Below, one piece after another: positions 34,671 through 48,000 of a stretch of 64,000 bases of DNA. The DNA comes from Piromyces finnis finn (Eukaryota; Fungi; Neocallimastigomycota), in the NCBI GenBank assembly GCA_002104945.1, contig MCFH01000021.1, positions 496,001-560,000 on the forward strand. The letters are read 5' to 3'. The notes under the pieces were generated by a model. It was given only the letters and a program-made list of their open reading frames with translations, did no database searches and was not told the origin of the DNA. Each line of letters opens with the position of its first letter. The stretch's first letter is position 1. The translations under genes were made by a program, and so were the position numbers.

Positions 34671-35129
34671 TGGATAAAGTTTTTAATATTTAGTGAAAAG
34701 AACAATATAAATAATAGAGAAATTGATGATGAAAATAATTCAAATGATAATGAAAATGCTCAACAAGTAAAGAAAGCCATCATGATCAATATTTATTGAA
34801 AACCAAAAAACAAATGAAAGGATTAAAAAATGAAAATAATAAGCCACAAAAGGAATTTAAAAATGACTAAAAAGAATCGAAAAATAAAAGTGATAATCCC
34901 CAAAAAGAGTTAAAGGTTAAAGAATAATCAAAAAATATCCTGATTGTCCTAAATCATTCAAATAAATCCATCAAAAATATTGACAATAAAAATAATAGAA
35001 ATAATGATGTCAATAGCAATATTAGGAATAACAATTTATACACATGATTAAAAATTGAGAATAGCTTTTTTCAAATAATTTTAATTAGAATTAAAAAGGA
35101 TCACTATCATACAAGAGTACAAGAGTTGT

Positions 35130-35470
35130 AACTAACTTCCAATGTAATTAAAAAAAACAATATCAAGCTTCATCATTACTACTATTCTGCAATTAGTATC
35201 AAAAAGATAGTGTTTTTTCATAGATATCTAGTGTCTTACACTAAAAAATTTCTTTCTATTCTTTTGAATTATTATAGCTAAACCTTCTTTCATATGAAAG
35301 AATATGAAGGATTGAAATACTACTTTTTCCTACACTGAATTAATTGAACACATTAATATTAACTAAATTATTAGGACTATCATTAACAAAAGTTATTACT
35401 ATTATTACTGATGTTAATATTGGTATTTTAATTTCAATAATTTTCTTATTAAATTTTAATTAATATAATA
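35130..35470 (-). mobile_element. Heavily decayed C-terminal tail of the same non-LTR family
   Basis: NINVFN*...LHILSYERRFSYNNSKE*KEIF*CKTLDIYEKT parallels NINVYNKIFKFLLERRSF...NSREWGKLC at 33.35-33.47 kb. Confidence 0.5.
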
Positions 35471-36036
35471 ATATAATACAAGGTTTCAAAATATTTACTA
35501 GCATAAAAGAAAAAAAAAAAAGTTATAATTGAAACTCTTTCAATATTATATAAATTATTTTTGAACTGACAAATTTGTTTGTTATACTAAATCTTCAACT
35601 TTTATCTTTTATCTTTAGTATATTCTTATTATGACCAAGAATATTGTTTTTGAATAAATGAAGTTTTATTTATTGTTAGTTATCAATAATCATATATCTT
35701 AATAATTTTTTATGTTTAAGCTTTTAATGTGGCGAGTAAAGCAAAGGCTATTAATTTTTTTTTTAACTTTATTTGATAAAGAAATATGATAATTCATAAT
35801 AACCTTTAATAAAATAAATATAATAAAGAATTTAAAAAAAACCCCCATGTTCATATAATAAAAGTATCAGTAAAGTGATAATTTAGTTTTATTTTATTTT
35901 ATTTAATTTTATTTTATTTTTAATAATATAAAAAAAAATTTAATAAACTTTTTTTTGTTAAATAGTTCTTAAACTTGGCTAATAAATATCTTGTTATAAA
36001 AAAATTTATTATACAAAATATATTAACAAAATTTAG

Positions 36037-36070
<34 letters not shown>

Positions 36071-36210
36071 TTTATTATAAACTCAATTCTAAAAATCAAA
36101 AATATATTAATCAAATATAAATAATGTTATTATTTATAAATTATTTTAATATTGTTATTAATTCTCTACAATATAATAATTTAGTGTAATAATATATAAT
36201 TCTAAAAAAA

Positions 36211-36918
36211 ATGTATATATATATTAAGATTTTATTTATACTTATATTCACAATATCAAATGCTTATTCCAAAAAAACTATGAATAGCTTTTTTAAGAGG
36301 GATGTATTTTTTCAAATGAATCAATTTGATAATTGTACAAAAGCAATTGATGATATGTGTTTTTTAGATTTAAAAGTTAATAAAACTGAATTAAATGAAA
36401 CTTGCGAAGTACATGCAACAAAAAATTGTGAAATGTTAAAATATAATGGAATTGAAAGTTTAGAAGATTGTCAAGATATTGAAGAAGATGTTATTATAAG
36501 CTTAAACATTTCATTTAAAATATTAAAAACAACCATAGGATTATTATGTATAAAAGATGAAAATGAAAATTTTTGTCCATTTAGTTTATCACAAATAGAT
36601 AATGAACAAAATAGTAATGAAAATTATATGAATGCATTGAAGGAGAACTGTTATTCAAAGGAATGTACAGATAAAACTCTAATGTATATGTATGAATTAC
36701 TGGATTTATACTATGAATCAACAGATATTGTAGATGTAAATCATTTGAAAAAAGATGAGGAAAGTATTAAGATGATAATAGATTTCATATATTCGAGTAA
36801 ATGTAAATCAAAACATTTAAATCAAACAAGTAATGCTTTATATACATTAAATGAAAAATTATATGGTAATATATTATTATTATTAATTAATATGGTAATT
36901 TTACCTCTCTTTAAATAA
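36211..36918 (+). CDS. Intronless secreted Cys-rich protein with hydrophobic (GPI-like) C-terminus
   Basis: 235-aa ORF with signal peptide MYIYIKILFILIFTISNAYS, about 9 Cys (e.g. LLCIKDENENFCP, CYSKECTD) and C-terminus NILLLLINMVILPLFK. Confidence 0.8.
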   Translation: MYIYIKILFILIFTISNAYSKKTMNSFFKRDVFFQMNQFDNCTKAIDDMCFLDLKVNKTELNETCEVHATKNCEMLKYNGIESLEDCQDIEEDVIISLNISFKILKTTIGLLCIKDENENFCPFSLSQIDNEQNSNENYMNALKENCYSKECTDKTLMYMYELLDLYYESTDIVDVNHLKKDEESIKMIIDFIYSSKCKSKHLNQTSNALYTLNEKLYGNILLLLINMVILPLFK

Positions 36919-37201
36919 TTAAACTTGATAAGCTTATTTTTCTAGACTTATTTATAAAAACATGTAAATAATTTCCAAAGTAAAACGAAATAATTTTGTA
37001 AAGTTTCACTTGTTACAAATCTAACTTTTATATTCCATACCAAAGAATAATAAAATTAATTTTGTTATGGTTATATTATTATTATAATTGATAATATTTA
37101 TTTAAACAAAAACTTTGGTGCTATAATTCAATAACATTTTTTATTTATCAATTGAAATTTATTTTTGAAATTAGATAACTAAAACAATTAGTATTTTTTG
37201 T

Positions 37202-37255
<54 letters not shown>

Positions 37256-37619
37256 TAATTTAAGAAATAACACAATATATATATATAATGAAATTTAAAA
37301 TATAAAATATTATGATTTTATATATATATATATATTTTAAAAAAAAAGAAAAAAGCGAACTTTCTAAAATAATTATATTAAAGTTAAATAAATTAATTCC
37401 TTATAACTTTAATAATAATAATAATAACGAATTCATTAAACTTAAATTCTTTTTATTGAAGTTAAAAGAATTTATAAAATACGCAAATAATTCTTTAATT
37501 ATAATAAAATGATCAAATAATAAAAAAAGACTACAAATAAAGCTTTATAGAAGAAAAATAAATAAATAAATTAAAAATCCATTGGTTTAATACTTAATAA
37601 TAATTTTCTATTTTAAATA

Positions 37620-38260
37620 TCTTGGTAATAAATACTTTAATAGGTCCTATCAATAATAATAGGAATTGCAACAATAGTGATATTAAAGTTATTAAAGTTA
37701 GAAATAATAATAATAATCGTTGTGATAATGTTAATAGAAATAATGAAGATTATAATTCTTTATATTTGAATAATTGTTTTGGTTTAAGTAATAATTTAGT
37801 AAAGAATAATTCCAACAATCAAGTAAATATTAATGTAGATAATTGTTCTAGTGATTTGTGGGTAAAAAAAGTTTTAAGATATCTTCTTGTGGAAAAGATT
37901 TTAGTAATAATAATTCAAAAAAATGAAAAGAATTTTGTGAGAGTCAAACCGAGTAAGAAAATTATAAAAGGATCTCTAATTTTGACTGTAACACAATTAT
38001 ACCCATATTTTATTAATTAATAATGGTCCATGTTCAAAGGATATAATACAATTAAGAACGTCAATATTGAAGAAATGAAAAGACAATCCTATAGAGCCAA
38101 AGCAACTTAATATTTTTTCTAATAAAATTTAATCTTAACTTTTTATTGAAAGTTATATTCCTAGATTCAACCACCCAATCTATATTTTTCAATTAAATTT
38201 AATTTAATTTTTTCTATCAATGTTAAGTTTTTGGGTTTGGTTATGCGGCCAGGTCAGAAT
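37620..38260 (+). mobile_element. Decayed 3' end of the same non-LTR family (Asn-rich linker, ORF tail, putative 3' UTR)
   Basis: Asn-rich stretch, then VLRYLL(G)GKDFSNNNSKK*KEFCESQ...GSLILTVT...**WSMFK...RAKAT*, homologous to the tails at 33.4 kb and 34.1 kb. Confidence 0.65.
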
Positions 38261-38699
38261 GTTATTAATTATATAGTAAAAATGTTTTTTAAGAAATTAA
38301 ATTTAATTATAAAATAACACCTTAAACTCCCAAATGAAAAATGAAAAATTTATATTTACTTTAAAATAACTTTTTATAAATTTTTTATTTATTTAATAAT
38401 AATATAAATGATATTATAAGTAACTATATAATTAAGATTATAACTATAATCTTTACAAAGAATTAAAATCGAATTCAATTCATTCTCTTTTATATTCTTT
38501 GTTCAGATTATTAAATTGATATTAATAAGAATAAAGTATTACATGTAATATATTAGTAATATAATTAAATAAGTAATAAGATTGTTTGTTTGTTTGTTTG
38601 TTTGTTTGTCATGACATAAAATAAAATAAACATATGATTAATCATTTAAACAGTTGATCCTAATTAGTAATTATAAAAACTATTCAATTAATAATTCAT

Positions 38700-39110
38700 C
38701 ATTATTAATTGATATTACCATAACATATTTGTTATAACTAAATAATTATTATTTTCAAAATTATTTCTAATAAAACTTGCCGTTAACCTATTTTATAATA
38801 ATTAAGATTATTTAATTTATAGGTATTAACTGTTACACCTAAATGGGTCTAGTTCTATTTTTAGTAACAATCGTTATCATTAATTAAATTAATATAACTA
38901 AAATTCCTATTGATATATTTTTAATTTCATCAAGTCATAAGAAATATTTATGATCCATACTTGATATCATATTGATTTTAATTTACCTAATAAAATCTTT
39001 AAATGATCATAACTTCCTTAAATGATCAGTTAGAAGGACCGCGATTGTACCAAATTGTAGCTTTCTTCCTAAGCTTTCCAATAAACCTAGTTTCATCACC
39101 GTAGCGATCG
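38700..39110 (-). mobile_element. Possible decayed 5' end (APE endonuclease-like) of a non-LTR element
   Basis: GC-richer patch reading RKLQFGTI..(R)G, resembling the APE N-terminal L.(I/F)GT.N.RG motif, followed by a stop-riddled frame. Weak. Confidence 0.25.
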
Positions 39111-39387
39111 TTTTTGGCGAGTTACACCTTATTTCGTACTTGCTTATTTTTGGTTAAGGGTTATAGTATATTGATATTAAATTTTTGAAATCATAACCCT
39201 TTCACTGAATCAAAATTTAAAAGGTGACTTTTAAAAGTGTTTTAAAATAATTATTGAAATTATTTAATTATAATTATTATGTTTAATTAATTATAGATAT
39301 TATCTGAATTTGTTTTAAATCCAGTTAATATCTTCACAATCAAATTTTAATTAATATAAAAAAAGGTTTTAAAATATTAATTTTGCT

Positions 39388-39401
39388 ACTACAAAATACA
39401 G
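39388..39401 (+). repeat. Left target-site duplication ACTACAAAATACAG (right copy at 39961-39974)
   Basis: 14/14 identical direct repeat flanking the SINE. Confidence 0.95.
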
Positions 39402-39960
39402 TCGTTCCAGTTTTTATCCTGGTTGTTAAGGCGTTTCCTTAGCATACATAAGGCTTCTGGTTCGACCCCGCAGATTTCAGTGCCTGTGGATTTTCCCACT
39501 GGGTTTGCCATGGGTTGGGTTATGATATTCAGGTAAGTATAAATGAACTTTCTAATTTACTACTATGATAATAACACTCGTCTAGCCGGCCTGAGAGGGT
39601 CTAGTGTACATGGTACATTCCAAATTAGAACTTAATAAGTGGTGACTTAGGCTATGCCAAAAACACATAATATTCCTTAATCAATTTAAGTGTAAACATT
39701 AGGGGGCGGTTGACACGTGATCAAATTGACTATAAGAGGCTTAGCATTGTAGTTGTGAAATATCGTACAACGACATGCATCTAATGTACATGGATTAAGT
39801 GAGCGTCGAAGCTGAAGAAACAGTATGACAGACCAGGAGGGTCACAACCACCTAGCAATAGGAATGAGCCAACGTTTCTCTAAGAACCACCATTGGAGCT
39901 AACTCTGATCGATGGGAGAAATGCACTCGGAAGTTAAAAAAAAAAAAAAAAAAAAAAAAA
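39402..39960 (+). mobile_element. Full-length tRNA-Ala(AGC)-derived SINE, 559 bp, with poly(A) tail and 14-bp TSD
   Basis: The head has an A-box-like segment (about 39415-39426), the tRNA-Ala anticodon loop TTAGCAT (AGC at 39441-39443) and B box GGTTCGACCCC (39459-39469). A GC/CpG-rich body follows, then A25 (39936-39960). A perfect TSD flanks it. Confidence 0.88.
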
Positions 39961-40939
39961 ACTACAAAATACAGATTTTTTGTTTTGTTGAGCAGCAGAT
40001 TAGTATATTATTAATATAATATAATTTATAATTTTATTACATTTCAATATATTAGTGGATTAACTTTTAAGATTATTTTTTTTTTGTTTCACAAAAATTA
40101 TGGAAAAAATTATTAAAATTTAATATACAAATATAATATATAATATATATTTAAATCAATAATAATATATTATTATAATTAGTAAAATTGTAAATTTCTA
40201 ATAAAAAATTTTGAAAATATGGTAATAGTTAAAAAAAAACTATAAATAAAATTTTATAGTAAAATTAATAAATAACCATTAGGTTAATTAGTTATTAATG
40301 AATAATAATTATATATAATTATTTAATCCTATAATCATGGCTATTATAGGTTAAATAATAGTCATGATAAAAAGAATAGATTTCTTTTCATTTTTATTTA
40401 ATACTAATGAAAACCTTTGAAAACTCTAATTATAAATAAATACATTGCCAAAAAGTTTTTTTTTTTTATTTTTCGTCTAAAGTTTTAAAATTTCTAAATA
40501 CTTATTAATATGTCCAAAAAATATTAACAATTTAATATAATTTTTTATTATAAAACATAATTAACTATAGGTATAATATATTGTATAATAATTAAAAGTA
40601 TATAATCTTTTTTTTTTAAATTTTTTTATTTTTCTTCTAAAAATTTTTAAAGAAAATAAAGATATTGTATTAATCTATTTGTAATAAATAGATTATTTTT
40701 AATTAGTCATTTAAAAGTATAATACATTTAAAAGTTAAACTTTTAAAATAATTTCAAACTAAAAATTGTATGTTTTAAATTTGTATAGTATATATAGTAT
40801 TTAATTGAACAAAATTATATTATTAAAGTGATTATAATTGCAAAAATTTATAAACTTTTTTACCATTAATTTGGTAAAATTATCGAGAAATTTATATCAA
40901 ATTTAAAAATATCCTCTTTAATAATAGAAAAATAATATA

Positions 40940-41977
40940 ATGGATATAAGGTTTGTAAATAAAAATATCCAAATAAAAATATATATTAATATGTAATATA
41001 TATATATAATATTTTTTACTAATTAGATAATTTATTATAATATTAATATTGATTTTAGAGATATAATTATACATGAAATCATAAATCTAAATTCGTTGGA
41101 TAATGTAAAATCCAACCTTCCGGAATTAGAGAAATTATATAAAAATCTATATAATGATATTAGTATTATTGATGATTGTGCATTAAATGATGTTCCATAT
41201 GATGTGATTGATTTTTTATTAAGTAAACATAAAGGAAATATTAAGAAATACAACAAAAATATTAAATCGTTAGGGTCCATTCTTATTAATAATAAATTTG
41301 ATATATTTAAATTATATTTAAAATATGGTTTTGATATAAATGGAAAAATCATTATTAATAATGCACCACTTCCGCTGAATTTGTTTTTATTTTTAATAAT
41401 ATATAATGAAGTAACAGAAGAAAGGGTTAAATTTTTAATAAATAATGGAATTAATATACAAGAAAAAAAAACAGATTGTTATGTTAATGAATATAATGAT
41501 TATGATGATTATGATGATTATGATGATTATGATGATTATGATGATTATGATGATTATGATGATGAAATGGAAAATTTTACAATTTTAGATATTATAATAA
41601 TGAAAATTATTGATTGTAAAAATGAAGAAAAAATATTATATTCTAATATATTAAAGTATGTTTTCAATTATTATTCAAGAATAAATGTCGACTCTATTAT
41701 TTCATTAATTTTTTTAGGAAAGCAAAAAAAACATATTTCAAAAAAATACATGAAACATATTGTTGAAAAAAATATAAAGTTTATTGATATAAATTTAATT
41801 CACACCAATATCATTGATAAGATTGTTGATTCAAGTTCAATAAACATTGTTAAGTTAATAATATCGTATGTTGGTATTAAAAATTTTAATAATTCTTTTT
41901 TTTTTTTAAATTTGAAAATGGCAGCTAGTTTTTATAATAATCATGACTTTTTACATTTAATAGATCAATCATTTTTA

Positions 41978-42017
<40 letters not shown>

Positions 42018-45000
42018 GTAGTTCAAAAAATAAAAAGACAAATCATACGATATTTAAAAGAATAATGGAAAAGAATTTGCAAAGTGTTAAAAATATTCTT
42101 GAAAATGAAAGAAATGTTGTAGATATAAGAAACACTGAAAATAGAACACCCTTAATGTGTGCTATCCAATATTGTATAAAAAAACCTGAAATAATTAAAC
42201 AAATAATGAGATATCAACCAAATAAAAACCTTATTGATAATAATAAATTTTCTGCACTTCATTTGGCTTGTTTGTATAATAATTTTGAAATTATTCCAAA
42301 GATAATTACCGAAGAAAATGTCAATATAAAAAATATTGATGGTAATACACCTCTGATGATTGCAATAAAAAAAAATCATTATAATTGTGTTAATAAATTA
42401 TTAGAATGCGATATTTATATCAACGTTAATATACCTGATAATAAAAATGATACACCTCTTTTATATTTATTAAAAAATAATATAAATGAAGAAACTCTTT
42501 ACAGGTTATTGATTAAAAAGCTGGCATATATAGAATTTAATTTACTTAGAGATGAATTTTTGGTAAAAATAATAAATAATAGATCATTTTTACGTTCCAT
42601 TAAGAATGAAGGTTTTTATATATTAAAAAGTAATGAAACTGTTTTTATTGAATCGCCACTAAGTTTTTCAATTCAAGAAAATATTCTTTCATTAGCGGAA
42701 GCACTAGTTCAAGAAAATCCTGTATTAGAAGAAATAAATCTCATTAAACCTTGCATTTTCTATGCAATTGAAAGTGATAACGAAGAATATATCAAATTAT
42801 TACTAGATAATCAGAAAGAAGTTTTTTATATTGGAAGTCATGAACTAACTCCAATAGAATATGCGATTCATTTAAATAAGCCAAATTACACAAGATTAAT
42901 AATAAATAGATATATTGAAGAATTTGAAAAAGATTGTAATATTAAAAAAAAATTAAAAAATATAGTAGATACAAATCTACAAAAAATTTTTAATAAATTA
43001 AAAAATAAAACCGAGAATATTAATTATTCCCATCTAAGATATATTGAGAATTACGAAGTATTATGTTATAATGAAATGAAAAAGACCATTTTAGATGTTT
43101 ACAATCAACATAAGATTAAGAAAAATAATGTAATGGATATTAATAATGAAGAAATAATAAAATCAAATGAACCAAAAAAGGAAAACAGTAATAGTAAGGA
43201 AAGTTACACAATAGATAACATTAAAAATATTGATGAATATACAGTTTTATTAACAGCTTGTATAACTGGAAATGATATCATTATATCATTATTGATTAAT
43301 TCGAAAATCTATGATCTAAATAAAAAAATTACTGAATATGAATTAACTCCATTAATGCTTCTTATTTGTCATGATCATTATGGTTGTGTTAATATGTTAA
43401 TAGAGAATAATGTAGATGTAAATATTAAAGATATTTATGGAAATACACCTTTCATTTATATGTTAAAATACTCGAAAAAGAATAAAGATATTTATAATGC
43501 ATTAGTGAATGCTGGTGCTTTTATTGACTATATCTTATTTAATGATGAAAATTTTATTAATAATATAATATTGAATGACTATTTTATAGAATTATATATA
43601 AACAAAAAAATTAGAGTTAAATATGATAATGATTCAGTCGCTGATATAATTTCTACACCATTAATATTCGCGATTAAACTAAATCATGTAGGATTTATTA
43701 AAACATTACTTAATAATAATATTAAAGTTGATGAAATAGATGATGAAAAAAATGATCCATTAATAGTAGCATCTAAAATAAATAATTCAGAAATAATTGA
43801 ATTATTAAATGAATATTTCAAAAAATTCAATTTTGGTTCAGAACAAGTATCTACGGAAGTCAAAAATGATATAAATAACGATTCAGTTAATAATTCTAAA
43901 ATTTCTGAAATAGATTTAAAAGAAGATGAAATAAGAAAATTATATAAGGAAGATTATAATATTGATTTTAAATGTAATGAAAATGATGACAATTGTTATA
44001 CAGAATTTTATCTTGCATCATTAAATGGTAATACATTGATGATTAATACGTTGTTTGAAAGTAATAAACAATGTGATATGTTTGATGCTAATAAACAATC
44101 TAGTAAATATAAATTTACACCATTAATGATGTTAATTGTAAAAGGAGATTATGAAAATGCAAAGCTATTCCTCGAAAATCATGCTGACCCAAATGTTAGA
44201 GATATTTATAATAATACACCATTAATGTATATGTTAAAATATTCTAAATATAATGTGGATATATATAATTTATTAATTGAAAATGGTGCCTATATTGATT
44301 ATAAATTGTTTCTTAATAGTAATTTCGTTTATTCAATTATAAAAAACTTTTTATTTATAAGACATTTGATCAATAAAAAAATAAGGATTAACTATGAAGA
44401 TGATAATGAAATTAAACTGGTAACAAAGCCATTGATCTTCTCAATTGAAACTAATTATTCAAAATTTGTAGAAGAAATATTGAAAAACAATGTAAATATT
44501 AATGAAGAGAATGAAAATAATGAGTTAGATTTTGTATTAAATAAAACAAAAAACAAAAAAATAAAGAAATTACTAAAAAGATATGGTTACAACGTTCATC
44601 CATTAAACGAAGGTTTTGTTGAAGATACAACTTTAAATAAAAATAAAAATTATAATGAAATATCAAATAAAGATTTCACACTGAATAAAGAAAAAACAAT
44701 TATGAACAATAAATCAGATAAAATTGAAGAAGATAAAAATAAAATTATGGATATTGAAAATACAAACAGTATTGAAAATGCAAATAGTATTGAAAATACA
44801 AATAGTATTGAAAATGCAAATAGTATTGAAAATACAAATAGTATTGAAAATACAAATAGTATTGAAAATGCAAATAGTATTGAAAATACAAATAGTATTG
44901 AAAATGCAAATAGTATTGAAAATACAAATAGTATTGAAAATGCAAATAGTATTGAAAATACAAATAGTATTGAAAATGAAAATAGTATTGAAAATACAAA

Positions 45001-48000
45001 TAGTATTGAAAAAAATGAAATAAATAAAAATTGCTACAATATTGATTTTAATATTGAAAATGAAAATAAATACGAATATCCAGAATTACATTTGGCATGT
45101 TTATATAATGAAAATAATGACAGTACACTAATGTTAAATGCATTATTAGAAAATGGAAGCTTTGATATTAATGAACAAGATAAGAAATACAAATTTACAC
45201 CATTAATGTTATCAATTGTAAAAGAAAATTATAAAAATGCAAAGATATTATTGAATCATAAAGCAAATGTTAATATAAAAGATATAAATAATAATACCCC
45301 ATTTATATATATGTTAAAATATTCAAAAATAAATGAAGAGATATTCGATATGTTAATAGAAAATGGTGCATATATTGATTATAATTTATTAACTTTTGGA
45401 AAATTTAAAAAAAAAATAGCTGAAAATCAATTGTTTATTACTAATTTAATTAACAAGAAAATAAGATATAAATATAAAAATAATAGAAAAATTTATTCAA
45501 TAAACAAGCCGTTTTTATTTTCTATCCAAACTAAAAATTATAGATTAGCTGAAGAATTATTAAAAAAGAATATTAATATAGAAGAAGAAAATAAAAACGA
45601 TGAAATAAATAATGAAATAAAAAATGACAATAATAATGGAAAAATAAAAAAATTATTAATAAAATATGGCATAATAAGGAATGATGATAATAACTCTAAT
45701 GAAATAGTAATAAAAGAATCTACAACAAATAAGGAATCGGTGAATAATAGAAAGAATGAAGAAGTAATTACTAATGATGAAACAGAAAATATTGGAAAGT
45801 GTGAAAGTAATGAAGAAGTAATAACTAATAATGAAACAGAAAATATTGGAAAGTGTGAAAGTAATGAAGAAGTAATAACTAATAATGAAGAAGAAAATAT
45901 TGGAAAGAATGAAAGTAATGAAGACGCAATGACTAATAATGAAGCAGAAAATATTGGAAAATGTGAAAGTAATGAAGAAGTAATTACTAATGATGAAGCA
46001 GAAAATATTGAAAAGAGTGAAAGTAATGAAGACGTAATAACTAATAATGAAACAGAAAATATTGGAAAGTGTGAAAGTAATGAAGAAGTAATAACTAATA
46101 ATGAAGAAGAAAATATTGGAAAGAGTGAAAGTAATGAAGAAGTGATGACTAATGATGAAACAGAAAATATTGGAAAGTGTGAAAGTAATGAAGAAGTAAT
46201 AACTAATAATGAAGAAGAAAATATTGGAAAGAGTGAAAGTAATGAAGACGTAATAACTAATAATGAAGAAGAAAATATTGGAAAGAGTGAAAGTAATGAA
46301 GAAGGGATGACTAATAATGAAACAGAAAATATTGGAAAGAGTGAAAGTAATGAAGAAGTGATGACTAATAATGAAACAGAAAATATTGAAAAGAGTGAAA
46401 GTAATGAAGACGTAATAACTAATAATGAAACAGAAAATATTGGAAAGAGTGAAAGTAATGAAGAAGTAATAACTAATAATGAAACAGAAAATATTGAAAA
46501 GAGTGAAAGCAATGAAGACGTAATAACTAATAATGAAACAGAAAATATTGGAAAGTGTGAAAGTAATGAAGAAGTAATAACTAATAATGAAGAAGAAAAT
46601 ATTGGAAAGAGTGAAAGTAATGAAGAAGTGATGACTAATGATGAAACAGAAAATATTGGAAAGTGTGAAAGTAATGAAGAAGTAATAACTAATAATGAAG
46701 AAGAAAATATTGGAAAGAGTGAAAGTAATGAAGAAGTAATAACTAATAATGAAGAAGAAAATATTGGAAAGAGTGAAAGTAATGAAGAAGGGATGACTAA
46801 TAATGAAACAGAAAATATTGGAAAGAGTGAAAGTAATGAAGAAGTGATGACTAATAATGAAACAGAAAATATTGAAAAGAGTGAAAGTAATGAAGACGTA
46901 ATAACTAATAATGAAACAGAAAATATTGGAAAGAGTGAAAGTAATGAAGAAGTAATAACTAATAATGAAACAGAAAATATTGGAAAGAGTGAAAGTAATG
47001 AAGACGTAATTACTAATGATGAAACAGAAAATATTGGAAAGAGTGAAAGTAATGAAGAGGTAATTACTAATGATGAAGCAGAAAATATTGGAAAGAGTGA
47101 AAGTAATGAAGACATAATAACTAATAATGAAACAGAAAATATTGAAAAGAGTGAAAGTAATGAAGAAATAATTACTAATGATGAAACAGAAAATATTGAA
47201 AAGAGTGAAAGTAATGAAGAGGTAATTACTAATGATGAAGCAGAAAATATTGGAAAGAGTGAAAGTAATGAAGACATAATAACTAATAATGAAACAGAAA
47301 ATATTGGAAAGAGTGAAAGTAATGAAGAAGTAATAACTAATAATGAAACAGAAAATATTGGAAAATGTGAAAGTAATGAAGAAGTAATAACTAATAATGA
47401 AACAGAAAATATTGGAAAGAGTGAAAGTAATGAAGAGGTAATTACTAATGATGAAGCAGAAAATATTGGAAAGTGTGAAAGTAATGAAGAAGTAATTACT
47501 AATGATGAAACAGAAAATATTGGAAAGAGTGAAAGTAATGAAGAAGTAATTACTAATGATGAAACAGAAAATATTGGAAAATGTGAAAGTAATGAAGAAG
47601 TAATACCTAATAATGAAACAGAAAATATTGGAAAGAGTGAAAGTAATGAAGACGTAATTACTAATGATGAAACAGAAAATATTGAAAAGAGTGAAAGTAA
47701 TGAAGAAGTAATTACTAATGATGAAACAGAAAATATTGAAAAGAGTGAAAGTAATGAAGAAGTAATTACTAATGATGAAACAGAAAATATTGGAAAATGT
47801 GAAAGTAATGAAGAAGTAATAACTAATAATGAAACAGAAAATATTGGAAAATGTGAAAGTAATGAAGAAGTAATAACTAATAATGAAACAGAAAATATTG
47901 GAAAGAGTGAAAGTAATGAAGAAGTAATAACTAATAATGAAACAGAAAACATTGGAAAGAGTGAAAGTAATGAAGAAGTAATTACTAATGATGAAACAGA

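Noticed and set aside
39402-39480. Functional tRNA-Ala gene
   Set aside because: The acceptor stem is missing and the canonical anticodon stem is unpaired; it is the head of a TSD-flanked poly(A) element.
39473-39536. HDV-like ribozyme behind the tRNA head (P1 GATTTCAG/CTGGGTT, P2 TGCCTG/CAGGTA, P3 TGG/CCA and P4 occur in the right order)
   Set aside because: P1 needs a bulge, L3 lacks the U-C-x-x-G pattern, J4/2 (ATATT) has no catalytic C, and a simple hairpin explains the pairing. Worth retesting on a family consensus.
39572-39610. Twister- or hammerhead-like motifs in the SINE (TAACAC...GCCGG...GAGGG; CTGAAGA at about 39812)
   Set aside because: The twister pseudoknot partners (CCCAAG loop) are absent, and no stem II/GAAA/stem III arrangement surrounds CTGAAGA.
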